Shown here one piece after another: positions 16,401 through 27,900 of a DNA stretch of 58,173 nt (its first letter is position 1; every line of letters begins with the position of its first letter). The translations under genes and the position numbers were made by a program. The stretch comes from a virus (lineage: Duplodnaviria > Caudoviricetes). The stretch is from the IMG/VR virus record IMGVR_UViG_3300025141_000105, positions 1 through 58,173 of that record; one strand, written 5' to 3'. The notes under the pieces were generated by a model. It was given only the letters and a program-made list of their open reading frames with translations. It made no database searches and had not been told where the DNA came from.

Positions 16401-16711
16401 TATTCCCAAAATATTGTTTTAATTATAAAAGCTATAATAGATGCATATATAACCCACAAAGCTTTATTAACTCCAGCCTTCCATTTTTTCATATGATGAA
16501 ATGATTCTAAATCTTTCATCCATCCTTTCATTTTACCATCTCTTTCATCCAAACGATCAGTATTTTTATTAACCCTAACTACTAAACCCTCATCTGGGTC
16601 TAGTAACTTAATCATTAATCTATCCATCTTCTCATTCAACTCTTTAATATCTTCACTCAAAGTTTCTATATCTTTCTTCATTAACGCTATTTCTTGGGCT
16701 GCTGTTGCCAT
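16400..16711 (-). CDS. Coiled-coil protein with C-terminal TM helix
   Basis: Heptad N-terminus; LLDPDEGLVVRVN; ALWVIYASIIAFII. Confidence 0.7.
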   Translation of the reverse strand: MATAAQEIALMKKDIETLSEDIKELNEKMDRLMIKLLDPDEGLVVRVNKNTDRLDERDGKMKGWMKDLESFHHMKKWKAGVNKALWVIYASIIAFIIKTIFWE

Positions 16712-17676
16712 TATTGATAATTAGGATATCCACTCACATCTGTTGTAGGTACATCAGTAGCAAAAGTTGCGCCACTAATAGTTCCATTTGTACCAACGTT
16801 TCCAGTTGATTCTACTAATGTTGTACCACTACCTTCTTCCATCTTCCAATATCCCTGTAAATTGTCTGGTTGAGTTGTTGACATATCGGTAGGTGTATGT
16901 AGATTGTATAATGCTGTAATTTCAGCGTCTGTTAAAGCTTTATCCCAAATAGCTATATCTCCTATATAACCCTCCCAAAAGTTACTATTTGCAGTTGTCA
17001 CTCCTGTTCCGCTGTCATATAATCCTTGCGCTCCTATTATTATATCTATTTTATTTCTATCACTTTCAGTATCCCATTTTAGAGTATAAGCGCCACCAGA
17101 AGGAGCGGATTCTGTTTTTTTACTATCAGAATCTTCTAGCATTGAACCATAATCTGGTGTTCCACTACCACCAGTACTACCAGCTACATCTCTACCTCCA
17201 TCTAGATAAAGATTTTTAACTCTATCACCATCCCAAGTTCCAACTACAAAGTGCCATCCGTCTTCTCTATGTAAAAACCGCTTATCATTACCATCATTTC
17301 TCATCATAGCGAAATCACTTATAGGTTGGTTTGCTGCAAAGCTCCCATCACCGTCAACTAATTTTACATGAAACAGAAAACTCTTATTACTATATCTTAA
17401 TAGCCATCCACCATTACTTGTGGCGCATACTATTACATAATTTCCATTATCATTGTATGAGTCAGACGATCCGTCTATATCAAGTTTACACCAAGCAGCA
17501 ACAGTAAATCCACTAGGGCTTATAGGTTTAATAGTTCCATTTTCAGGATCTTGCCCACTAATACCACCTAAAGCATAATCATCTGTACCGTCAAAAAGAA
17601 GGCCATACTTATTCTCATACCCACCTAATAATGGTGTATATTTGGTTGCGCTATTTCCTATTCCAAGTGAACTCAT
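16711..17676 (-). CDS. LamG/concanavalin-A-like domain virion protein (putative receptor binding)
   Basis: LLFDGTDDY, FTVAAW.K, WHFVVGTWDG...LYLDG, G.IGDIAIWDKALTDAEI..LY, LQGYWKMEEGSG. Confidence 0.85.
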   Translation of the reverse strand: MSSLGIGNSATKYTPLLGGYENKYGLLFDGTDDYALGGISGQDPENGTIKPISPSGFTVAAWCKLDIDGSSDSYNDNGNYVIVCATSNGGWLLRYSNKSFLFHVKLVDGDGSFAANQPISDFAMMRNDGNDKRFLHREDGWHFVVGTWDGDRVKNLYLDGGRDVAGSTGGSGTPDYGSMLEDSDSKKTESAPSGGAYTLKWDTESDRNKIDIIIGAQGLYDSGTGVTTANSNFWEGYIGDIAIWDKALTDAEITALYNLHTPTDMSTTQPDNLQGYWKMEEGSGTTLVESTGNVGTNGTISGATFATDVPTTDVSGYPNYQ

Positions 17677-17680
17677 ATTG

Positions 17681-18001
17681 TTAATTAAAAGGGTTTTTGT
17701 TTTTCCAAGTAATATTATCCACTACTTTATTAAATATATCAATGAAAGAAAGACTATTATCTTCATCTATAAACCAAATACCATTTTTATTATTCAATAT
17801 ACTAGTCATTTCATAATGAGTGTATTCATCTTTTCCATTATAAAAAGACGGTGTCTTTCCTTCAAATTTAATAAAAGTATATTTTGCGTCTTTACTAAAC
17901 CTTAAATTTTTTATAGAATTTTCTATTATTTTATCAAAATCTATATCCTCTACCTCTTTAGTTTCAAGTATAACGTATTTTCTATTTGGGTAAGAAGGCA
18001 T
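17681..18001 (-). CDS. Conserved phage protein adjacent to fibre genes
   Basis: RKYVI...IDF..I.ENS...LRFS.D...TFIKF.G.TP.F...YT..E...IL pattern. Confidence 0.7.
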   Translation of the reverse strand: MPSYPNRKYVILETKEVEDIDFDKIIENSIKNLRFSKDAKYTFIKFEGKTPSFYNGKDEYTHYEMTSILNNKNGIWFIDEDNSLSFIDIFNKVVDNITWKNKNPFN

Positions 18002-18002
18002 T

Positions 18003-18158
18003 TTATCTCCAGTTTTTTAAATTTAAAACATATCGCCAAGTAAGCTTAGGAATTTTTACTTTAAAGTAATGTTTACATTCACAGTTTTTTAATCTTTCAT
18101 GCTTAGATAAAGATTTAATTCTATTACTTCTTTTTGCTAATTTTTGTACGAATCCCAC
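18003..18158 (-). CDS. Small basic protein, GTG start (not in ORF track)
   Basis: (M)GFVQKLAKRSNRIKSLSKHERLKNCECKHYFKVKIPKLTWRYVLNLKNWR*, 51 aa; exactly fills the gap. Confidence 0.55.
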   Translation of the reverse strand: MGFVQKLAKRSNRIKSLSKHERLKNCECKHYFKVKIPKLTWRYVLNLKNWR

Positions 18159-18159
18159 A

Positions 18160-18525
18160 CTAGTATCCTTTAGGAGCGAAATAACAAATGCAAGAACCGC
18201 TGTTAAGCTCTACATGGTCCCATTTCCCATAAATAGTGACACCTGCAGCAATTGAGTGACTACTTGTAACGTCAGTACCATTTGCAGATGCTCCAATACC
18301 ATTTGCTCCATCTAAATCATTTTCAGCTGTAACAGTACTTATTGATCCTATTTCTCCATTTAAATTTTCTAATTTTTCAAATGTAGTAGCAGCCCCCATT
18401 GTTATAGCGCAAACATAAGCTGTTGATGTTGCTCCAGTTAAATCTATAAGATCGCCATCTCCAGTTAAATAGGTAGAGCCAAGTGCTCCTAAACGAAATT
18501 CATTATGATTATTAAATTGTGCCAT
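18160..18525 (-). CDS. Putative virion protein (paralogue family B)
   Basis: G.TIYGKWDHVELNSGSC.CY.AP.GY shared with 18548-18922. Confidence 0.7.
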   Translation of the reverse strand: MAQFNNHNEFRLGALGSTYLTGDGDLIDLTGATSTAYVCAITMGAATTFEKLENLNGEIGSISTVTAENDLDGANGIGASANGTDVTSSHSIAAGVTIYGKWDHVELNSGSCICYFAPKGY

Positions 18526-18547
18526 TTTATTTTTATTTTAATTAATA

Positions 18548-18922
18548 TTAATATCCTACTGGTGCTAAATAACATAAACAAGAACCACTATTAAGCTCTA
18601 CATGATCCCATTTACCATATATTGTAATTCCTTTTGGGAAAGTATGACTTGAAGTTATTGCTAAAGCATCATCATCCCCTAAATTTGTTACTGCTCCAAA
18701 AGCATCATCTATTTGTGTTTCATTAGTATCATCAGTACTTATAGATCCTATAACACCATCTAGTGTTTGAATTTTTTCAAAAGTAACATCTTCCATCATT
18801 GTAATTGCCAATATAAATCTATTAGCAGTAGATCCATCTAAATCTAGTATAGCTCCATCACCATTCAAATATACAGAGCCATAACTACCAAAAGATGCTT
18901 TAAATAAGTCGTTTACATTCAT
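18548..18922 (-). CDS. Putative virion protein (paralogue family B)
   Basis: Tandem paralogue of 18160-18525. Confidence 0.7.
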   Translation of the reverse strand: MNVNDLFKASFGSYGSVYLNGDGAILDLDGSTANRFILAITMMEDVTFEKIQTLDGVIGSISTDDTNETQIDDAFGAVTNLGDDDALAITSSHTFPKGITIYGKWDHVELNSGSCLCYLAPVGY

Positions 18923-18936
18923 TTTTTTAATTTTTA

Positions 18937-18944
18937 CAAATATA
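18937..18944 (-). promoter_or_regulatory. Bacteroidota-type -7 promoter element (TATATTTG)
   Basis: Intergenic TAnnTTTG upstream of 18922. Confidence 0.6.
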
Positions 18945-18950
18945 CAAATT

Positions 18951-21900
18951 TTATCTTATTAATGAACTTGTTTCCTTTTCACCTTTTTCTCCTTTGTAAA
19001 AAATATTAGATATATCTTTTCTAACTTCAGCTAATGGGGCTACATCATGAAAAAGTGTTTTGATAGCCTGAGACTCGCCTTTCTCTCCATAAGCACTAGA
19101 TCTTTTGATTTTATCTCCTCTTATAGCTTCACCTATAGCTTTAGTAGAGTTTCTTAACGTACTATAAGAAGAGGGTTTTAATGTGTAATTTACAAATCTA
19201 TTCATATCTGTAGTAACAAATACATCATGAGAGAATTTCTTCATTGTTCTTAATGTGTTAGAATCAGTTTCATCATCATCTTCCATAAGGGCAATTAAAC
19301 TTAGTAAAGTAATACCTATACCTATTCCATTTAAATGATTAATAATTTCTTGTTTTCTTTGTGGGCTGGACTCATTAAATATATCCATAATATTTTTCTT
19401 TGTCATTTCGCCTGCAAAATACTTTCTAAATAAATTTACTACAAACTCACTAGAGGCTCTATAACTACCTATATTAACATTACCAAATCTATCTATATCT
19501 TCAGCTTTAAACCTATCTCTTAATGTGGTAATAAACCATTTTTTAAATTGCAGTAATGCTCTACCATAAGAATACATAGAAAGCATACTTGCATCTAAAG
19601 CTGTATATCCTTCTCCATGTAATGTAGATATCTTATGATTAATTTGCATTACCCTTTGATCGTCAATAGGATCAAGACCGTTATACTCTCTTTCTGTAAG
19701 TTCTCCTAAGAAAGCAGCTCCTTGTATATAACTCTCTGATCTATCCATAAAGTAATAAGACCATCTTTCTATTTTTCCATATAATCCTTTTCTTTCAGAT
19801 AAATGTATAAACTCATCAAAACTATACTCTACTATTCTGTGTTTTTTCAAAAGATCCCAAGACTTGTCTTTACCATCAATCCAATATCTTTTTTCTCCTA
19901 ATATAAATTGTTTACCACCACGCTTACGTAACTCTTGATATTTACCTGCTAGTATATTACCTACACCAATACCCATATTAAAACCAAGTAATCTTAATGA
20001 TGTTAGCCTAACAAAACTATCTATAATCTTGTCTCCTGTTTTACCAAAGACCCCTTCTTGCTGCTTCTTTTCTAAGAATCCTTCTTTCCACCATTTAGTT
20101 AAATAATCAACAGCTTTTTTATTATCTAAATTTTTATTAAACGATATAATAGAATCTGTAAGAACTGACATTTTATTCATACCACTAAAACCATCTGGAT
20201 TTTTCTGTAAATTCTCTCCATGCATAAATAGCGAGCTTCTTACAAACTCTAACATACCAGAATGTATATCATAACTAATAGTAGCAGCCTTAACACCTCT
20301 TCTTCTTTCATACTCTTGTATTAACTCTGCATCTATATTATTAATAGTATCACCATCGCCCATCATTCTTTTAAGTCTTGAGCCATTATTTATTAATGCA
20401 TCATATTCAGAGTCTGATAATAGTATATTAGAACCATCCATGTGTTTGCCTCTAGACTTCCAGTCTTTAGCTAACTTTCTTAATTTTTCTAATTCGTTTA
20501 TTTTCTTACCAGACTTTAAAGTAATATCTCCAGTTCTTCCTTTATATACATCATATTTCCACTCGTAAAAAGTTTTGTAAACTTTATCACCGTTTTGATC
20601 TGTACCCTTAACTTTAACTCTATTGTAATCACTAGAGTCTATTGTGGCGTTATATAAACCAAATAGTCCACTTCTAGACATTGATTCTATATTACCCATC
20701 TGCATACCTGGGACTATAACATCTTGTACGTTTAAAAGATCATTACCTATTTTTTTATATGCATTATAATAATTACGCTCTTCTTCAGTTAGTTCTTTTT
20801 GATTTATTTCTTCTTCACTTAATAATCTAATATTGCCATTTTCTAATGTAGCTATATTACCATAAATAAATTTATATCTTGCATCAACATCAAATCCTTT
20901 CCTCACTCTTTCTAAAATACTTAAACTTCTCATTTTTGATCTAATAAGTGATTTATTAGAACTCTCTATCATATTCTTGTATTTTGAAAAGGATCTTAAG
21001 TATTTTCTATATTCCTCTTGTACTTCGTTAATTAGATATTGTATCTCAGGTCTTTTAGATGTCATATCATTAGACCCTAACCATTTTTGGAAATTACTAA
21101 TATCTTCTTGTGCTACGCCATCAACTCCAGGAGTATTATATTCGTATCCTTGTCTAGCTCCTTTCTTTCTAAGTTTTTCAGATTGTATTCTAAACGCTCT
21201 TTGTCCTATTTCTTTCTCAATAGTATGAGCAATACCTTTAGTAGCTGAGTTGTCCATCTTTCTAAACTTAACTCCTAGCTCATACAAGTCATTTATTTCA
21301 TACTTAGACAAAGGCTTTCTTTCTAACTTAGCTTCAAACTCTTTAACTAATCTATACTGCTCTCTATATGTGTCGTATCTATTTCTTAGTATAGTAAATG
21401 TATCTGATTCTGGAGATATTTTAGACAAATCAATTCCTTTATCTCTAGCCCAAGTATCCATTTCTAACATTCTAACACCGCTACCTAAATAATCATTATT
21501 ATAAGATGTTTCAGAAGATATTATCTTTTTAGCTTTTCTTGTTGGGTCTACAAAAGAATTATCTAACTTAGAGGCTATGTCTACCTTATCTTCAGTAGAG
21601 TATTTCTGGTTTCCAGATATTATACCACCTAATCCAAGCATGCTTCTTGCGTCTGTATACTCTGTTGCAAGTGAACCTACTAAGTTTGCTTCTCTAGTTT
21701 GATTCTCTTCTATAATAGCAGACATAGACTTATTTATCTTTTCTATATATACATCGTCAAAGAAAGGTATAAAAGATCCAGCAGCACCAGCTCCTCCTGT
21801 AAGTCCAAATCCATTAAACTGCGCCTCTAATGCAAACACAAAATCTTTTTCAGTTTCAGTAAGTTGATTAAAGGATTCTTTTATTTGCTCTATAGCTTTA

Positions 21901-24900
21901 TAAGATGTAAACTCTGTAATCTCAGCTCTATTAATAACTACTTTGTTTCCTTTTTCATTAACCTCTATAATTCTATTTAAAAATTTATTCTCCTTATTAC
22001 GCCCTTGTAATAATTTAAACTCTTCTATTAGTGTAGGGTTGTCTTTTAGTGCATTAGGTTTTAAAAACTCAATTTTATTTTTTAAGTTGTTTATTATAAT
22101 TTGATTTATAATTTTTGGCTTAGTTAATTTATTTTTATTTAACTCTTCAAAAGTAGCATCATTAATAATATCTCTCATATACTGAGTATATCTTATATCA
22201 GTCCTTTGAGCTCTTTCTAATACACTATCAAATAATCCCATAGCGTGTTGCACAATACTATTACGTGAGCTAGCTCCTAATGTGTAAGATATGTTTAATC
22301 CACCAGCTTTAGCTTTTTCATTTATAATGACAGGACCAGCTTGTATTCTTGCTATATCATCTCTTATCTTTCTAAGTTCTAAAGGATTTTTTTCTATAGT
22401 TTGATGTACAGTAAACGCTTTAGAAAAAGGTCTTACTATATCTTGATTGTATTTGTTTAGGCCATATAACATTAGTATAGTGTCTATCTCTGCTTTAGCA
22501 TCTCCTTTAGATAATGCATTTAAATCTATTTCAATACCTTTTGTTATTCTGTCTGCTAACTTTTGCCAATTTTTTTCATTATAAAATCGCTTGTAAGCTT
22601 GTCCAGGCTTATTGCTTTTAGTTGTCAGTCCTTTTATACCTCTTTTTTCTAAGAACATAACTAACTCGTTAAAGTTTATAGTTTGATCTTCTAAAAACAT
22701 TTCTTTAATATCACTATCTTTTGATATATAGTTTTTACTTCTACTTCTTTTAAACTCCATATACTCTTTCACTATAGGAGAATTAAATAATACTGATAAA
22801 TCATTTAAGGAATACCCTAATCTTCTTAAAGTAACATAAGGAAATACACTTTGCATATCTATACCAAGCTTCCCAGCAAATTGATGTTTAGCGTTGTCTA
22901 ATGCTATATTAAGAAGCTGTGCTACACCAAACCAATTACCTACACCACCCTCTAATGTAGAATCATCAAAAAATTTGTCTTCTGTTTTATTATTAATCTT
23001 TATACTAAAAGGTAGTTTTTCTTCTGTGTTAGAAAATATATTAAACGTTCTTTGTAATGCTGCGATTATACCAACTAAGTTCTTTGCTGGTACATTGTCT
23101 TCAAACATTTGTGCATCACCCATAGGTGTAAGCTGTGATTCTTCTTGTTTAGCTTTAGAGCCATAAACACTTTCCGCTTTAGCAATAGCTGCCTTAGCAT
23201 CGTTTTCAAAGTTAATATCAGCTTTAATTTCAGCCTGTCTTTTAGGTTGGCTGATTAACTGTACATATTTATCAAAGAACTCATTAGAAAACTCTCTCCA
23301 TTCTTTACCTTTCTTTTTAACTTCTGCATTTGTCCATTTAAAATTCATGTGAACCGCATCTCCATCTAAATCGGCTCCCCAGTTTTTACTTACATGTGCG
23401 GGTATAGTTATATTAGATGTTGGTGAGTTTCCTATTTGCTCATGAAAATCTTTTACTACAAAAATAGAACTAGTTACCTTACCATGAGAAGGTACTCTTG
23501 TTCCAATAAACAAGTCTCCTTTTTTAACTCCTTGTTTTTGTAGGTATCCAGGAACAATAGCTTCTGAAGCAATTACATTTTCATCACCTTTAAATAAACC
23601 TTTTTTATAAGACTGTAATCCCATACCTAAACTTGCAGATTGATAAGCAATAGATCCTTTAGTGTACATCTTAGTGCCTTTGTGTGTTATACGTCCTGTT
23701 GCTATAGAGTTGTAAACTGCATTAACAAAAGGATATCTAGGGTCAACTTTAGGGAAAACAGAGTCTATTAATACACCAAAAATATCTGCGCTTACAGAAG
23801 ATTTAAATCCATCTCTCTCTTGTAACACCTGCTTTTCTGTAGCTGTATTATCTACAATAAGACCATTTTCTTCACCAGCTTTATTTCTAGAGTAATTATT
23901 TGCCTCCATTACTCTTTGTCTTAATATAAACATTTCCTCTATAATTTTCTGCTCTTCTTTAGTGTCTATATTTGTTGCTAGATTATAGAATAATTGAGAA
24001 GGGAAAAATCTTTCGCTTACTTGTTTATCTAATTCTAATTGTATGCCTAACCCTTCTCCTGATAATGCTTGATAGCCATTATCTCCTTTATATATCTCGT
24101 CTTGACTAGCCATTATTTGATCTATATTTTCAGATGTAGATATATCGTATACATATTTACTTCCTGTTTTACCAGAAGGTCCGTCAAAGAATAATTTAGC
24201 AGCAGATTCAGATGCAGCTATAACAAGATTACCTGGAGTCTTAGACATTTCTTGAACTTGTTCTTGTCTTTTTCTAAGCATATCCCCTATGTTTTTAAGA
24301 TAAGGACTTGTTGATTCTAGCTTAGGTGTTAATGTGTGTACAGCAAACTTTAAGTATGTTGTATTTCCTTTTAGCTTACCTTCTGTTTCTGTATAGTGAT
24401 ATACAAACTTAAATACATTACCTACCTTTTGTACCTCTCCATACTTAGCTCTAATGTATTTAGCTTGCTCAGGAAGAACATATCCCATTGCATCATTCTC
24501 AATAGCAGTACCTTCTTTTTCTTCAGTTCCTATATTATTATTTTCATCAACAAAATAATCTTTAATAATAATAGGTTCTATTTGTGTGTTTCTATCAAAT
24601 ACAATATGACTAGCTATTGACCCAGCAGCTCTTTTAATATAGTCTATTTGGTCTTTAGATTGTCTATGATCATGTACAAACAATTGTTGAGCCATAAACT
24701 TATTGGCAATATAAGATGTTAAAAAAGCATCTAAAGCAGCGTCTAAATTTTTAACCTCTTTTAAATCAGTATTACCTTTAAATAGCTCTGCATTTTTATT
24801 TGCATATTCTTTCCACCTTTCTATAATAGCAGGCATTTCTTTAATCTTGCCATTACTTATAGTGTATGGAAATATAGTGTATTTTAATTCAAGATTTTTT

Positions 24901-27900
24901 CTAAGATTTTTAGCTTTAGCTGGTGATATTTTTTCTTTTTTTATTTGTTCATTTAAAGACTTTAAAGCTTTTTCATAATTAAGATATTTAACCTTTTTCT
25001 TATATACAGGATTTTTTTCTATTTTAGAAAGCAATAACTTTTTCATTTTATCGTTATGAGCTATAATACTCTCTACATAGTACCTTCTACTTTTGTCAGA
25101 AAATACCGCAATAGCTTGATCATATATACCCATAGCTTCGTTACCAGCCATTAACTCATTGTATTTAGATAAGAAACTAAAGAAATCACCTGCTATTAAC
25201 TCACTAGGAGTTACGCTATTTAATTTTGATGCTCTACCCTCATATTTAACACCATCAGCTCTTGTAACTAATGTTCTCATCATTCCTGAGTGTATAGTAA
25301 AGTTAAAAGGATTATTTGTTACCTTACCTTCGCTATTAGCTAATACTCCAGCTTGCTTTTTTCTAAAAGCCATATCAGCATAAATATTATTATCAGGATG
25401 CATAACACTATCTGACTCTATAATAGTTTCATTGTTTATAATAGTTGCTACATTTTTAGCTCTATTATGTAAACCACTCTCTTTATTAAATATACTTATA
25501 CCATCTCCTTCTACATTATCTACCATAGATAAGTAGTTAATAGCCCTAGACGCTACAAGACCTTCTGTAAGTATTACTTTTAACTCACCTTGCTTGCCGT
25601 ATATTAGTCCTTTAGCCTGATACTTTCCTATTTCTACAGCAAACTTACCTTCTTTAGTAATACCCATTAAGGATTGATTGTTTAAATTAGGTTTGCCATT
25701 TTTAAATCTAGTATGACCAAAAAGTATCTGGCTTAATGTTTGCCTTTTATCTTTAAATAATATTCTTGCATTTAATAAAGCATCTTTGTCTATTAAAACT
25801 CCCTTGTTAGTATCGTCTAAAATTTCAGACAAAACTCTTTTGGCGGCAGTGTTTATATCATTCTCATCAAGAACTTCTTTGAATTTATTCTCTTTAGAAT
25901 CGTAAAATAAGTTGTCATATATTTTTGCTATTCTTTTCCCTTTAGCTGTATTTTCTTTGAGATTATTCATAACATCATTTATAACACCAGCCTCTAGAGT
26001 TTTACTCATGGTTTTATAAGTTCTCCATTTTCTAGCACCCATATATCCTATCTCTAACGCTTGTTGAGTTAAAACCTCTATATTAATACCTTCTATTGGA
26101 CCTTTAAGCTCCATTAACTTAGCATTAGTAAGAACTTTGTCTTTACCATAAACACCATCTAATACTCTTAGCATAGCCATAATCTCAGCACTATCAGACT
26201 TTCTTAATGTAGGGATAAAATCAAATGGATCATTCTGTGTACTTTTAGCTATAACATATAAATCATATAACAGCTTTTTTCTATTAATTATATTATCAGG
26301 ATTTTTAAAGTTATAAACTTCTGTAATCTTTTTTATAAAGTTAGATGTAGTTGTTGGTAGTGCAATTATCTTATTAGATTCTTTGTATTGATCTGACTCA
26401 GAAGCCTGATCCATATTTTCTTTTTCATTTAAATCTAATCCTATTTCAGAAAGTTGTTTGTCTAATACTTTATCAGCTAACTTTAAATCTGCAGGTCTAG
26501 TAATCTGAACTATAATAGCCTTTACGTATTCTCTTAACTGTTTAACATCTGTAACTTTTAAATTAGAGTCTTCTGCTATTCTTTTCATAACTCTATTAGT
26601 CATAACAGTAGGAGTTAAATTTCTACCTATAAAATCTCCTATATACATAGATACCGCTGAGTATGTAGCTCTAGATGCAAATGCTTTCTTATTAGCTCTT
26701 TTAATATCACCATAAGCAGAGTTTTGCACTACAGGTATAGTACGTTCTCCAGAATTAAAGTCTAGTAAGATGTGCTTAATAGAAGCCTCTAAGTCTAATG
26801 ACTGTATATTATCTACAGATAAATCTAAAAGTCTTTTAGCTTCTTCATCAGTGGCTAATTTCTTAGTCTTTTTATAAAACTCAATTAAATCTTTCTTTAA
26901 TAATTCTTGAGCTTCTGATCCTTTTACAATTGAATCAACCGTTCCTTTAGAATAAAGCTCTAACGTTCTAGTAAACGTCTCTTCAAGTAGATGTTTTTGT
27001 TGATCTACCCTAACATCTTTTATTCCTTGTAGTTTTAATTGTATTCTTAATTCATTAAAAAACTCTGTACTTTTTGCGCTATCACCTTGCCTTTCTGCTA
27101 ACGCTATATTTTCTGATATATTTGTAAGTATACCTTCTTCTCCTACAGGCTTATTAATTAATATATTTTTATAGATACTACCAAGAGTCATTTTATTACC
27201 GTTGTAATTCATAAGAATTAATTCAGGGTAATTTCTTTTTGTTCTTTGATATTCAGCAGACTTTGGTAAAAGCTTTTTAATTCTTTTCATTAATGGAGTG
27301 TCTTCCATTAAGCCGTAATACACATGTCCTAATTCGTGTATTAAATCAGTTTGTTCTACTTGATTCTCATTAATTAAAACAACAGAACCTATTGCTAAAG
27401 ATGTAGCTTCTTGCCCATAGTCGTCTGCTAGCTTAGATGATATTACATACCCACGTGCACCTGGGAATTGTTTTTGCACAATGCTTCTAGTTAATGCTGC
27501 TGCCCCTAATCCTGAGTGAGTATATACTTCAAGATTACGATTAATTAATATATCCTCTTGTGCAGGGATATTTTTAAAAGACTTATCAAGTAATTTTTTA
27601 AAACTTTCTTTTGTTTGCTTAACAGAACCTATTACCTTATCTATAGTGCGAGTATCTTTCTTTTTAGCTTTTTTAGTAGGGCCTTTTTGCCCTTCAAGAG
27701 TTTTTGATGTTTCTAATGGCGTTCCACTTTTTACATATTTTGCATATGAAGCGAACATTGATTTATAAGCAGTAGCATCCCCGCCAAACAATTTAGCTAT
27801 GTATTCATATAACTTATCTAAAATAGTAGAATCTTCTACTTTTATTTTATTTAAATAACCCATAAAAACAGGGTTCGTTAATGAATATGTAAGAAATTCA

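Noticed and set aside
18158-18162. TAG read-through fusing 18160-18525 with the downstream small ORF
   Set aside because: The downstream GTG ORF starts at 18158, out of frame with the TAG
12676-18922. Diversity-generating retroelement acting on the duplicated fibre genes
   Set aside because: No reverse transcriptase in the window, and the repeats differ at all base types rather than only at adenines
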